Origin: Adineta vaga | Lineage: Eukaryota; Animalia; Rotifera | Direction: 5' to 3' | Assembly (NCBI GenBank): GCA_021613535.1 | Contig: CP075493.1 | Coordinates: 7,316,001 to 7,380,000, forward strand | DNA length: 64,000 nt | Shown here: positions 49,318 to 62,334 of the stretch, in pieces | Layout of the letters: each line of letters opens with the position of its first letter | Position numbering within the stretch: position 1 is the stretch's first letter | Notes under the pieces: model-generated | What the model saw: the letters and a program-made list of their open reading frames with translations, nothing else | Told to the model about the DNA's origin: nothing | Database searches by the model: none | Made by a program: the position numbers and the translations under genes

Positions 49318-50343
49318 TCAAAAATCCAATTCTTTCGACGGTGTGCATGTCAAAGATTTATTTTTCTCGTCACGACTCGCATCAGCACTGAGATCAGGTG
49401 GAATGGAATATTTTTCAAAAAGAAGATTTTTTCGATGCTTTATCAACTTTATTCCAATATCCCAAGTGTCGGGAATTAATGGTTGAATCGTATTTAATTT
49501 TGGTAATTTAATCAATTGACAAAATGCCACATAATCACTATGAATTACATTGGATAATTTTAATTCAAAAACTAAATCGGCTACTGTTTCGAATAATTTC
49601 GATTTTTCATTTAATGTTATGATACATGTTGCTAGGGATGTACGTAATAAGATTCTTAAATGATAGAGAAAGGCAACTAATTCATTGAAATGATTTGCAG
49701 GATTATCATCGAATAAAGATAATGATAAGGATTGAATTCCAATACGAAGAATACGTTTTTCTGTTTGTTGAGAAGAATAATCAGTTGTGAGAAGTTTTTG
49801 TAGAGTTTTCAATAGATAAGTTCGATAGGATATTGATGATTGTGATTGTTGATAATCATTCCAAGTTATTTTATGAATTTTAATTTGTTCAAAAAGTTCA
49901 TTCGGAATGGATTTTGTTGATTGAAGATCATACTGAATAGTTGATGTGGATGCTGAATCAATCGTTGAGAGATTTTCATATCGCCATGCTATTTTCATTT
50001 TTTCATTTTCTTCATCCGTACGAGTATCAGATGATGAAATATTTTCTTCTTTTGTCGGAAGATTTTCCGTTAGATCAGTTCGTAAAGCAGCAACACATAA
50101 ATCCTGTTTATTATAGATTCCTTCAGATAAATAACAACGTAAAATTGAATCTGATAAATTGAAATTCTTATCTTCATATATTAATAGAAGTGAACCGATC
50201 GGTAGACCACCACCAATAAATGTATCCAAAGACGAGACACCTGTTGATGTTATTAATAAATTTCCATTCGAATTCAATCGTGTGCCAGTTGGTAAACGAA
50301 CATTGGGCGTTGATGAGACTTTTTTCTTAAATGTGATCGACAT
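49318..50343 (-). CDS. ELP4: Elongator complex protein 4 (intronless)
   Basis: TSTGVSSLDTFIGGGLPIGSLLLIYED, MKIAWRYE, ILRIGIQSL, FLYHLRILLR, LIKLPKLN, FEKYSIPPD...CTPSKELDF*. Confidence 0.93.
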   Translation of the reverse strand: MSITFKKKVSSTPNVRLPTGTRLNSNGNLLITSTGVSSLDTFIGGGLPIGSLLLIYEDKNFNLSDSILRCYLSEGIYNKQDLCVAALRTDLTENLPTKEENISSSDTRTDEENEKMKIAWRYENLSTIDSASTSTIQYDLQSTKSIPNELFEQIKIHKITWNDYQQSQSSISYRTYLLKTLQKLLTTDYSSQQTEKRILRIGIQSLSLSLFDDNPANHFNELVAFLYHLRILLRTSLATCIITLNEKSKLFETVADLVFELKLSNVIHSDYVAFCQLIKLPKLNTIQPLIPDTWDIGIKLIKHRKNLLFEKYSIPPDLSADASRDEKNKSLTCTPSKELDF

Positions 50344-50583
50344 TGTTGCAAGGGAAAACGTGAAATATATGTACGTATGATTGTTGTATGTACGGTACGT
50401 TGTAATGGATGGATGGATGTATCTGTTTATTTTTGAATCGAACTGTGCTCGAAGAATGATTGGTGAGAAAGGAAAATAGATGGCGTTAGTTGAAAAAAAA
50501 AGAAAACAAAAGAAAAATATTTATTCATTTGAGTGAGATTAATAGGAAAAGATTTCAAACAAGAAGGAAGAGTTGTCTTTTTG
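50344..50583. promoter_or_regulatory. Putative bidirectional promoter between ELP4 (-) and EIF2A (+)
   Basis: Only 240 bp separate the divergent start codons; contains an ATTGG (CCAAT) element near 50459. Confidence 0.6.
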
Positions 50584-52944
50584 ATGGCTTCCGCAGAAGT
50601 AAAGACAAAATCTGTACCGTTATTAGCAGGTAGACTTATCAATGTTTATGATCAATTCAAGGTGATCTTGTTTTCATTTATTTAGTTCGTGGTCCCAGTG
50701 CTGTTCAATTAGTAACAAGTCCCGCTCATCAAGATGATATAACAAAAGTGGCTGTTTTTGATATAGAAAATTGTCGTTTAACATGTTTTAGTCGTAGTGG
50801 CCATCAATTTATTATTGCGACGAAAGATGAGTTAGTTAGGTTTTTTTTTCGAATAAGAAATCCTGAATTTTCCAACTTATTTTCTATAGTATTCAAGTGT
50901 ATTGTTGTAATACACGACAAGTTTTATATACTTTACCAAAACGACGAATAAATGCTATGGAATATAGTCCTCAAGATACATATCTGATGTTATTCGAACC
51001 ATTTACGAGTATGTAAAGTAAGATAGACAAAATTTAGAGCAAAAAAAATAAAAACAAGAAATACTTATTTAAATAGCTGTGGCTGGTGAAGAAGAAAAAC
51101 CGAACTTGACTATTTATAAGTCAAATACTGGAGAATTAATTGCTTCTTATATTCATAAGAAACAAAGTGATTGGTATGAACTACAATTCACTTGTTTGAT
51201 CGTAATATTTTCCATGATTTCTAGGGCACCGATTTGGTCTAATAATGAAGCTGTATTTGGTCGTATGCAAACAAATCAAGTCTGGTTCTATGAACCCCCG
51301 AATTTCGGTAAATTTACCCTATAAAATTCAATTTATAATAAATTTCTTGTGACATTTACAGAAAGATATGTCAATCGATTAAGTATTGAAGGTTTACAAA
51401 TGTATAGTTTGGGTAAAAGTAATGCGCCATATACAATTGCCACTTTTATCAAAGGTAAAAAGGTATATGAAGACACAAATATATCTATCTACCTATCTGG
51501 TATTTTACTATAATTCTTCAAAATCTTCTAGGGTATACCCGATTGTGTACGATTACTTAGTTATCCTGATCTAAAAGCGACAATTGCTAGCAAAAGCTTT
51601 TTTAATTTTGATCATGTGAATATGAAATGGAATTTCAAAGGTTAATTTCAATAATTTGAAATCTCAAACTATATGTAATCTAATTTCAGGAACAGCAATA
51701 CTTGTACTTTGTAGTACCGATATGTCAGAGAATAGTTACTATGGTGATACAATACTTCAACATCTCAATCGAAATGGAGATAGTAGTAATATTCAATTAA
51801 GTAAGAAATTTGGATTTGATTTACACATTCAGAATGTATTCGTGTTCTTTTTCTTTCAGGTAAAGCTGGTCCAATTTACAGTATGGAATGGTCTCCTGTT
51901 GCTGATGAATTTATCGTTGTTTATGGATGTATGATTTGGTTCTTGATTTAATTGATAGAATGTTTGATATTTTGTTTAGTTATGCCATCGAAAGCGACTG
52001 TATTCAATGCAAAATGTGATGTAGCATGGGAATTAAGTTCCGGAGCAAAGAATGCTGCATATTACAGTTTTGATGGTTTACATCTCGCACTTTGTGGTTT
52101 TGGAAATGTTGCAGGAAATATTGAAATTTGGTAAGTTAAAAATATTCAATAATGATTACAGTTAAAATGATATTGAATTTGTTTTTTAGGCATATGAAAG
52201 AACGTAAACGCATCTCACAAATAGAAGCATTGGATACAACACATTTTCAATGGTGTTATGATAATTATCATTTTATTACAGCTACAACAGCACCACGTTT
52301 ACGAGTGAAAAATGGGTATAAATGATTTCTCAATGAAAAAAAAACAAACAAATCATACTATTCTATTTTAGTTTCAAAGTGTGGCGTTTAACTGGTGAAC
52401 TTGTTTATGAATATAAAACTGGTGAAAATCAAGAATTATGGCAAGTTTTATGGCAACCAGGAACATACGAACGCGGTCAAAAAGCACCTATCAAAGCAGA
52501 AGATGGTTCTGCACCAGGAAAACGTAAGAAAGAACATTGTTTATATTTATCTTATTATCTCATGTCAAATAGCGAAAGCAGCAGCTGCATATCGACCACC
52601 ACATCTTCGTCAAACAACTCGACAGATTCCTAAATTACATGAAGATGTAACAGCGAAACCAGCTACATCTCATCCTCCACGTGTAGCTAAACCCGGTGGC
52701 GTTGAAGAATTATTTACAGGCGATCTTGAAAAAGATAAAAAAATAAAAACTGCTCATAAAGTATATTTCAAACTGAAACAAATCGATCATACTATTGTAT
52801 TTATATATCTATCTTTAGAAATTACAACAAATTAAAGGTCTAAAAGAAAGATTAGCAAACGGTGATAAACTGGAAGTTGATCAATTAGAAAAGATCAAAC
52901 GTGAAAATGAATTAATTGAAGAACTGGAAACTTTAAGACTCTAA
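50584..52944 (+). CDS. EIF2A: Eukaryotic translation initiation factor 2A
   Basis: PLLA|VRG start, DMSENSYYGD, GPIYSMEWSP, VVYG|MPSKATVFN, LCGFGNVAGNIEIW, TATTAPRLRVKNG, AYRPPHLR, DQLEKIKRE; many short introns. Confidence 0.95.
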
Positions 52945-53041
52945 TTTTTCTATTCCTAAGGAAAAAAAACATATGCATAAACTGTGTTTTTTTTTTAAAT
53001 CTAAACATGAAATTTGTTGACGTTGATTTTGTTTTTTAGAT

Positions 53042-54140
53042 ATGACAAATACTGTGCCAATGAATAATAATAATAATAATAATAATACCAATAATAATAC
53101 CGTCGTAGATGAAAGTCGAAAAAAACGAAAGTTAGTCAATGAAATTTGTTTTTCTTCTCTTATTCAATCAAGACTTTCTTTATCATAGAGTCAAACGTGT
53201 TACAATCGAATTAGGAGATATAACACAACATAATTTAAAACAATTGAAAGTACTCAATCGAGATGTATTTCCTGTTGCTTACAATGAAAAATTCTACAAA
53301 GATCTCTTAGGTGCTGGTGAATTGTGCAAATTAGGTATGTCTGTTTTGTACGTCAGAAATCTATTTGTATATTAATCAAAAATCAATTTGACAGTATTTT
53401 ATCTCTACAGATCAATGATTGATTAAAGCAATCAATATATACAGAAGAATAATCTTTATACTTATTGATGACTTGAGATTACATCCTGTCTGGAGAACGT
53501 TTGAGATGTTATCAGATGTTTCTTGTTTGTTTGTTTGTTTGATAAAAATCATACACATATATATATGAGTTAATTAAAGCTAAATTAGGCATAGAGATGA
53601 AGGACTTCTTTCAAGGAATGAAAGGAAAAAAAGGATTCGAATATATGCTTTTGTTTTAGCATACTGCAACGATATTGTCGTCGGTGCTGTCTGTTGTCGT
53701 ATTGATCTATTAGAAAACCGTCGACGTTTATATATAATGACATTAGGTGTTTTAGCAAAATATCGTGAACTTGGCTTAGGTACATTAATGCTTGAACATG
53801 TTTTTAAAATTTGTGAACGTGAAGGAAATATTGATAGTATTTATTTGTATGTATTTGGATAGTTTGTTTGTTTGTACAATGAATTGTTTTATTTATTTAT
53901 TTTAGACATGTTCAAATAAATAATGAAACAGCTTTATCCTTTTATAAAAAATTTGGTTTTCAAATTATTTCAACAGCAACAGAATATTATCGTCGTTTAG
54001 AACCCTCTGATGCTTATTTACTTGAACGTCCTTTTAAAAAATCCGCTACAAACGAACAAACAATATCAACATCATCTGCTCAACAGAATACAAAGAAAAT
54101 TCCAACCGTACCTTTATCAACTATTACAGATGTTGATTGA
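53042..54140 (+). CDS. NAA50: N-alpha-acetyltransferase 50 (NatE/San)
   Basis: IELGDITQHNLKQLKVLNRDVFPVAYNEKFYKDLL, AYCNDIVVGAVCCR, LYIMTLGVLAKYRELGLGTLML, HVQINNE, YYRRLEPSDA; N-terminal poly-Asn extension. Confidence 0.96.
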
Positions 54141-54310
54141 TTCAACATGAATTATTATTCATATCGACACATACCTAAATAATCGATGGTTTTTCTTTGT
54201 TGTCATTTGTCTGTGTTTCGTTTTTTTTATAATGAAAAAATACATATACATATAAAGAAACAAGAAAAATCGAATATCATCGACACATAGGAGACGACGA
54301 ACAGTTCCAG

Positions 54311-55542
54311 TTAAACATTCGGAGTGTTAGATTCTTGTCTGACGCTTTTGGGTGTTGATATTGTCGAGGGAACTACACGTTTTGAAAATTTTGCTATTTG
54401 ATAGTCGTCGTTATCAGATCGACTTAATGATGTAGCTCGAACGAGCATCTAAACAACAAGTATTATCATGTCTCAGATGAGAAGATAATAGATTTATACC
54501 GGTTCTGCAGTTGGATCTTCACGAGTCGATGGTACAGTGATAGCTAAAATTAAAGAGAAGATAATGGAATTCAATAGGATTTTTTTTTCTTGAATTATTA
54601 CTTCGTTCACCAGTTAGGCGACGTTCTGGTGTTAATTGTTTGATATCGGCTGAACCTTTTTTTGAGTTACGAAGAAATGCTAAAATACCACCGAGTATGA
54701 GAAGAAGTAGAAGCATAGCACCAACTGCAACCAAAAGCCATGCCCATACTGTTAAACGATGTCGTAGACCACGAATTTTGGGACAATTACGGAATTTAGA
54801 TGCAGTTAATTCAGAATTTCCTACGAAAACGATATTTTAAAATTAGATTAAAATTGAACTTATCAATTCTTTTAACCTGGTAATGTAAATTCACAAGCAA
54901 GTCTAAAATTTCGTTCATGACAATCTATTTGACGTATGCAGATATTATTTGAGCCAATGTCACTTGTTTCAAAACATGTACCATTCGAATATTCGGGATT
55001 CACACAATAATGAGGCCAATAATCTTCTTTTCCATCCTTACATCGTTGTAAAGTATCATAATCGGATGGCAATTGAATTGCATAATGAAGTTCATCATAG
55101 TCACGAAAAAGTGCTTGTAAGATTTTCGTTTTTTCTGGTGTATTTAAAACTAATTGTCGTATACCTCTTGTTGGTTTAGTACTATTACGACTAATGAGAG
55201 AATACTGTTGTCGTTCTAATAAACGTGGTGTTCGTCGTGTGCATAAACGTTGAGTTTGATGCCATGAATATCTTTGGCCCATCGTAGAAAAATAGAGGCA
55301 TTCATTACCGATTTGATAGAAACTATACGGAATTGACCACGTTGAAAATGTGCATCAAATGATGATTTCGAACTACGAATTGGCTCATAGATTTCTATAT
55401 TGTAAAATGAAATTCTTAGTATTAGTTCTTGTTTTAGAAATCAAATACCTTGTATGAAATCTTTGTCATCATCATCATATTGCGCATTTATTAATATAAG
55501 AAGCGAAATAAAACATAGTAAGATCAAATTACCATACGACAT
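54311..55542 (-). pseudogene. Type I membrane C-type-lectin-like protein with a 1-bp frameshift (null allele or assembly error)
   Basis: Signal peptide MSYGNLILLCFISLLILINA. Lectin-like [C]PYSFYQIGNECLYFS...YSWHQTQRLC...IDCHERNFRLACE, then a TM helix. Exon 2 is out of frame unless one base is restored between 55331 and 55332. Confidence 0.7.
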
Positions 55543-56182
55543 ATCTGCTAATCAATACGACAAGATTCTTGTTTATATGTCAGTGGGTGTTGAGTTAGGA
55601 AAGAATAACGAGAACTATTGGATAGACGAATATCATTGCCATTGCTTAACGTACGCCTTTTTTATTATGTATTTTTCTCTTTCTGTTATAGTCATTGATA
55701 ATATTCGAAGCCAATACATGTCGTAACCACACTATTCTGTCTTCTTTCCTTTCTTTTTCTTCTTTTCTTCTCATAATAGTAATACAACTAAGATTTTTAT
55801 GCCATTGTCTCAACCTAGTAAACATACGTCTTAGTTCTTTTGTCAATGTAAATATGTAAAGGGAGAGAGAGAGAAGAATATTATGGTCTGTCACTCTCCA
55901 TCAATTATAAATATAATCAGTGATCAGTCCAAAGAAAAAACATACAGATATACAGATCAATTGACGGAACATTACCTGTAAATTGCTCAGAACGAAGAAA
56001 GAAGAAATGATAACGATTGCCAACGGACAATGTACAATCATTGAAAATCTGAAGCGTTCTATATTTATTAAATTTACAGCAAAACAATCAATTACATAAG
56101 TTCCGAATACGTTAGGTAATCATCTCTTTTTTTCTCACTATTTCCGTCATTGATTTTCATCTTTCAATAACCAATCAGATTC

Positions 56183-59100
56183 TCATGTGAATGTTGTTTC
56201 ATCTGTACTATTTTCAAATAATGCTGAAAGTAGAAAAAGACGTTTTTTTTTCTCATATCGTAAAAATTTGAATAGAACATACGTAGAAATATTTCATATT
56301 GATATACTTTATCTTTTGTATCTTCGACTGCAGAAATTAGATGATCAATCAATTCATCACACTAAAATAATATCAAATTCAGATCTTGTGAAAACAATCT
56401 TACAGAGAAAAAACTACGAACTTTCATTGCATTTAATCGTAAGATTTCATTTTGTTTTATTAGTACTTTAATTTGTGTTAATAATTTCTGTTTCGTATAT
56501 TCATGATTATCGGGTGATTTGGATTTCGCTTTTATTAACATTGCACGTTGTGGTTTTGCTCTTGAACGTGGATCTTTAGCTACTTCAAGAACTTTTGGCA
56601 CAAACACAAGACATAATGTTATCGTTACACAAAGTAAAATAAATATTGATGTTAATATATAAGATCGTTCATGTTGATCACGTAAGAAATAACCAACGAC
56701 AGCTGTTGTTATACTTAAAAGAACAACATTGTAAAGACTCATACCAACATAAGTAGAATCATTTAATGCATTTATATGAACATTGCGTGTTGCCCATGCA
56801 AAACGTGAACCAACAACCTTATTGAAAAGAAAAATAGACAAATGAATACTTTTAATATAGAATAACACATTAAGTTAACAATGAAAGAGAGAAAGAAAGA
56901 AAAAGAACTTGTTAGGTTTTACTAATTCAATTGATCGAAATCGTTTCTTTTAAAAATATCAATGAAAGAATGTGATTTACCATGAGTACACCTTTGTAAA
57001 TCGATTGCATTGTAAACCAAAGTGATCGTCGTTTTGATAGACATTCTTCATAATTCCATAGAATAACAATATCTTCATCTTTTGTCTATGAAATTCATCA
57101 AAGAATCTGGTTTTTTTTAAAAAGAAGTTCATATACCTGTATTTGACTACTATGATGAATAATCTTCAATGGATCAAGAATTTGCCATGATGCTAATAAG
57201 ATTGTATCAAGAGCAAAAAGAATTCCAACAAAAATAAATAACCGATAATCTTTAATTGCCTATAAACCAAAAGACTTTTCATCTTCTTTTAAAAATCGAA
57301 TATTTCTATTCATTACTCGTTTCGAAGCATTGACATTCGTGAATATTGTATGAACACGCCATGTTTTACTAAATATAGCTCCAAAAGATATTGTAAAACC
57401 AATGGATAGAGTCCAAATACGAGCCTTATCAACATTACACATCAAGAAAGCAACGTAAAACTATCAAATCGATCTTACTGCACAGATAAAATTCATAGCT
57501 GCTTCTGAATTTCGTATACCCAATAGAGACGAATCAATACCCATAAGAAGTACACTTATATAGGAAAGTATGCAACCAGCAATAATTAAATTATTTATTT
57601 GTGGACTTGACATTCGTATAAAACTAAAGAGAAAAAAAAACAGTAGTCAGAAGAGCAACAGAAACCTTTTCTCTTACCGATGTGTACGAAAGATAATATT
57701 AAAGACAAAAAATCCCAAAGCTAGGCAAATTCCTGTTCCACTAATACTTGCCATAATCGTATAGGTTAACGTTGATATACGCTGATCACGTTTAATACGT
57801 TTAATACGATCATTTGGTGGTCCTTGTCCTATTTAAATCACTAATAAATCATCGATAGAAAAAGAAAATTAATCATTACCATGCCAAGTTATATTTCTTT
57901 CATTGCTTGCTGAAACAAGAATATATTTCGAATGATTTGTTGGTAATGCAACAAACAATTTCACAATGTCAACCATTGATGATTTATGACTAGGAGAAAC
58001 TATGTCAAATGTTAAATAAAATACAGAGTTTATATTGATAGTTATTTTTTTTACGTACCTAAAAGTTGTTCAATAACAATTTCACCAATACGATCACCAT
58101 TATGAAATCGTACACGTCCTGTAACACCTTCGATATCAATTGTTTGAATAATATTAATCAATTCATGACGCCAACATTCTTGACGCCAGATAGAATCAAG
58201 ATGAAATTGATTTGGACAAGTATGTAACTTTTCAAATGCTGCTGTTAAAGTTAATACAGCATCAAATGCATATCCAACGAAATAATCCGATGTGTCTAAT
58301 GTTGTTAAATCAAATTTAAATTGCTCTAATGTCTAAATAAAAAAGGATAATATGTCCACAAAAAAAAGCAAACAAGTTTTTTACTAAATCAGCCATAGTT
58401 CTTCTTTTTGTATCGTAACCAAGTTTTGCTACACGTGTTTGAAGTGTTCCATTAAAAGCTTGAAGAATTTCTGATGTATTACAAGGACCTGGATTATTTA
58501 ACCACCAATCTGACTCATAATAACCAACAATAATCCATTGAAAACGTGCACCATATAGATTGTATCGAAATGCCTAGGAAAATCTTTATTATTCATTGAA
58601 AATGAATTAGTTTGATTTAATTACTTCACAAAAGATTCGAACAGCCATGGTTGAATTGAAATTTCCAAGAATAATTCGAATATTATTTTTCTAGAGAAGA
58701 AAAAACCTCTTCATTTTTCTGTTTATATCAATGGAAATATTGATATTAATAAAATAAAATCTTTCTTTTGTTCGAAGAGAATAGATGTCTAATGATATAC
58801 TTCTCGAGTTAATTGTCGGAAACCTCGAAAGAAATAGACTCTTCAATATGCATATATCGAAATTCTTTACGTTCGATTGATGTCTAGAACTTATATTACC
58901 TGTAATTCATCGAATGCATCTTTTAAAGAATTTCGTGTTCGATTGACTTGAGTTTCATCCAAATCTTTGAATGATATACCTTTTGATAGAGCATTTTCCC
59001 AATCATGTTCATCTTGTAAAAGATCATTAAATCTTGTTACGGGCTAGAATATCAAATGAAAAGAACTTAGAGATAATCGCTTTCTCTTCTTGTTAATTAC

Positions 59101-59730
59101 CATCGTATATTGTCTTTCATATTGATACAATATTCCAAATCGACGCCAATTATATTTTCGTAATAATAACTTACGAGCTAAAAGAAATAATCAAGATATT
59201 AAATGTAATAGTCTATTTGTTTTCTCTTACCAATATTATGTTGAGAATCACCGGGAACAGTTCGTATTAATGATGGATATTTTTCTCGAGCAGTAAAAAG
59301 TGAACTTGTTTCTGAATAGATAATCTTCAAAATAAAGAAATGATTAAAGAATTTTTTTAATCACAGATGAAATGCTTACGATAGTCATATCAAAGATTCC
59401 AGCAGTTTCTGCAATTGCTGAAGCAACTGTTTGACATGATCCACTGAAAATTGCTAATGGTCTCGGTTTTCGATGGATCATATCGAAAATAAGTTTTGTT
59501 CCAATAGCCATATCACATGGAATATCATGTTCATGCCGTTGAATTTCCAGTTCTGTTTGAATAGTTTTGATTGATTTTAAACGAGTCAATGCATAATCAA
59601 TAATTATTGATGATGAAACATTCTTTTCTTGATGTTCTTTTGTAAATAGACCAATTAAGGGAATTTGTTTTGCTTTTATCATAAAAATAATTGATAAAAG
59701 AATATACACAATACTAAATGAATAATACAT
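56183..59730 (-). CDS. GABA-B receptor subunit 2-like class C GPCR
   Basis: Signal peptide; Venus-flytrap domain (REKYPSLIRTVP, YNWRRFGI, IEGVTGRVRF); 7TM motifs (RMSSPQINNLII, GAIFSKTWRVH, FAWATRNVHINALNDSTYVGMSLYNV, LCLVFVPK); C-terminal coiled coil. The 3' end is approximate. Confidence 0.88.
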
Positions 59731-60554
59731 GGAAAAGTAAGGTGTGAATATTCAAATAAGAATAGTTATTCTAGAAAACAAATATAAGAAGAAGAAGAAA
59801 ACGAAGAAGAACAAAAAAAAGAATACTGTCGATCAATGTAACTCTTATTATTCTTTTGTATTTTGTTCCTTTTCATCAAGGTTAACAATTGATTGTTAGT
59901 GAGTTGATTAAAAATTGATTGACTAGAAGAACAAAAATTTCAATGTCTATTTTACCTCGTTATCATAACTTGACATGAACACTAAGTCAATCGTTCTTTT
60001 ATATACAAATGAATATTCTTCTTCTTATACATTCAGAAACTAGACGAAAGAAATCTTATTTGATTACGACGAGACGTTCAAATATAATTCATTCAATAAT
60101 GATAATGGACAACATTAGATATACAATTGAATTGTCATTAAAGGCCGAATATCATCTTCATTCAAGTACTTTTAGATAAAAGAATCTAGACATCCTACTG
60201 TGAAATATCGAAAGGGATTTATAAAAATATCTATAATCCAAAATGATCGCGTTTTGTCTTTTCCTCTTTCCATTGAACAAATAGATTGATATAGATATAA
60301 ACCAAATCTAATATCAAGATAGCAAGAGTATTTCTTAATACGGATGTATTTTATCGTTCTTTCTTCTTTCGTTCTATTCATTTCTTTTCCTCAAGAGAAA
60401 TGACACTCATTTTATTCAAATTGAATTATTTCTTGGAATAAAGACAACGACAACAACAACAACACAACTATCAGAGCAGAACCATACACATAAAATTCTC
60501 TGATGAGAGAAAGAAAAAGAATGTTTCATATTCTAAACAAAGATCGTTGATATT

Positions 60555-61523
60555 TTAAATTTGTGTTAAAAACAAGAGTACACCACTAAAATGTGTATAT
60601 GTATAACCATATATATTGTTACGTGGAGCTGATTGACCAGGATCATTTGAATCTCCAATTGCTTCGACCATAACTTGATCATTTAGATCTAATTCAGCAT
60701 AGACAGATCCACGAACATGTGAAAAACGACGTCGACAATCACAACGTATCATACTTAGAACATTGATTTGATTATGAAGAATACGTACAGTAGCCTACAA
60801 TTTCATAACAACAAGAAATATAATTCTTATTATTATGTTATGAGAAAAAATAATCACATACAATTGAATCCATTTGTGCCATGATTGTCATACTAAATTT
60901 ATAGATACCTCGATGTGTAGCTGTAAATACACCTGTTGATGGATTATAACCATTTCCTTCATTAATATCAGCATTTTCAAAAAGAATTGTTTCCGATCGA
61001 TTGGATTCCACGGATAGCATTTTTTGAAGGTATGCCATAAATGCGACAACAGGCACTGATTCTTTCGATCGACCAACTTCACCTACACGAACAGCAAAGA
61101 GATTTATCTTGAACAAAATTCAATTATATCATTACCTTGAGGTCCAACAGCACCACGTGGTCCAGAATTTCCTGGGGGTCCTGGTAAACCTGGTGGTCCA
61201 GATGGTCCATGCATTGCTAAGAATGAATCAACAGTAAAACGACGATTGCGCATATCTCTATCATAAGGTGCTAAGAAGAATAATTTCGAATTCATATCAA
61301 GAAAGAAAAGAATTTAATTTTACTAACATAGATTTGGAATTGCTGGACATCGTACTGACAAATGGCACATGTCATTTTCATCAACATATTCTTTTACGGT
61401 ATCATTGATATAAACTGTTTCACTTGGCGCTTGTCGTGTATAATGTTTATATGGATAATATTGAGTTTGTATTCGTTCGAAAGAATAAAAGATTAGAAAA
61501 ATTATTGAATATAATCGCATCAT
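60555..61523 (-). CDS. Secreted short-collagen + C1q domain protein (CTRP/cerebellin-like)
   Basis: Signal peptide, (GXY)n GPSGPPGLPGPPGNSGPRGAVGPQG, then C1q domain VAFMAYL...NEGNGYNPSTGVFTATHRGIYKF...YTHFSGVLLF. Confidence 0.92.
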
Positions 61524-62334
61524 ATTTATATAATCAATATACACTTCGCTGAAGAAATATTTCTATCGTTGATGTTGTTGTTATTTTCAATGTGCATACT
61601 ATTAAATCAGTAGTATTTCCTGGAGATTTTTTTCTCTCTTCATCACATTCTTTTTGGTTGACTTCGTTACTGAGAAATAACGAAGACTTTTGTTCTAACC
61701 CGTATGCACGGAGTTTGAAGAAGAAGAGAAAAAAGAGCGAGGAAAAGGAGAAGAAGAAAGAATTATTAATAAGCATTGAATCTGATGATTTCTTTTTATT
61801 CTGACTTACTGTTGTTATTCTCGGTCGACTTTTTGCGTCGCTTGAAGATATATGTCTAGCTGAACATTCTATCGCTCTTTCACCACAATTCATATGATTA
61901 ATTGTGTGTATGTCTGTAATCTGTTTTTTTTAATGACATTTTTATTCGTCCGAATAGAATTCAATATGACACATGAAATCAACAGATGAGATCATCCAGA
62001 ATTCGAAAGTTTCATCATGAAAAACTAGAAATATAGAGCTAATAATTAGGATGAACTTTCTTTTATAACAAATAAGCAAACATTTTGATTAGTTCGAAAG
62101 TAAACTATTTTCTAAATGGTAAATATACGTCTTATAGCTAAAGAAGGTAGAAAAGACCCTTTATTAAATATGTTCTCGATACTATTTTTCTGTTAAAATT
62201 GACATATTTATTTACAGAAAGAGAAATGATCTTTACTCAATTTTATATTTTTATAAATTTATCAATGTAAAAATAAGATAAAATAAATGTGTTGTTTTTC
62301 AAAACATTGAATCAATTGTTTTCCAGTTCATCTA

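Noticed and set aside
55357-55362. In-frame TGA-TGC upstream of the lectin ORF as selenocysteine
   Set aside because: A 1-bp deletion at 55331/55332 explains the frame and restores the canonical Cys-Pro; no SECIS was recognised.
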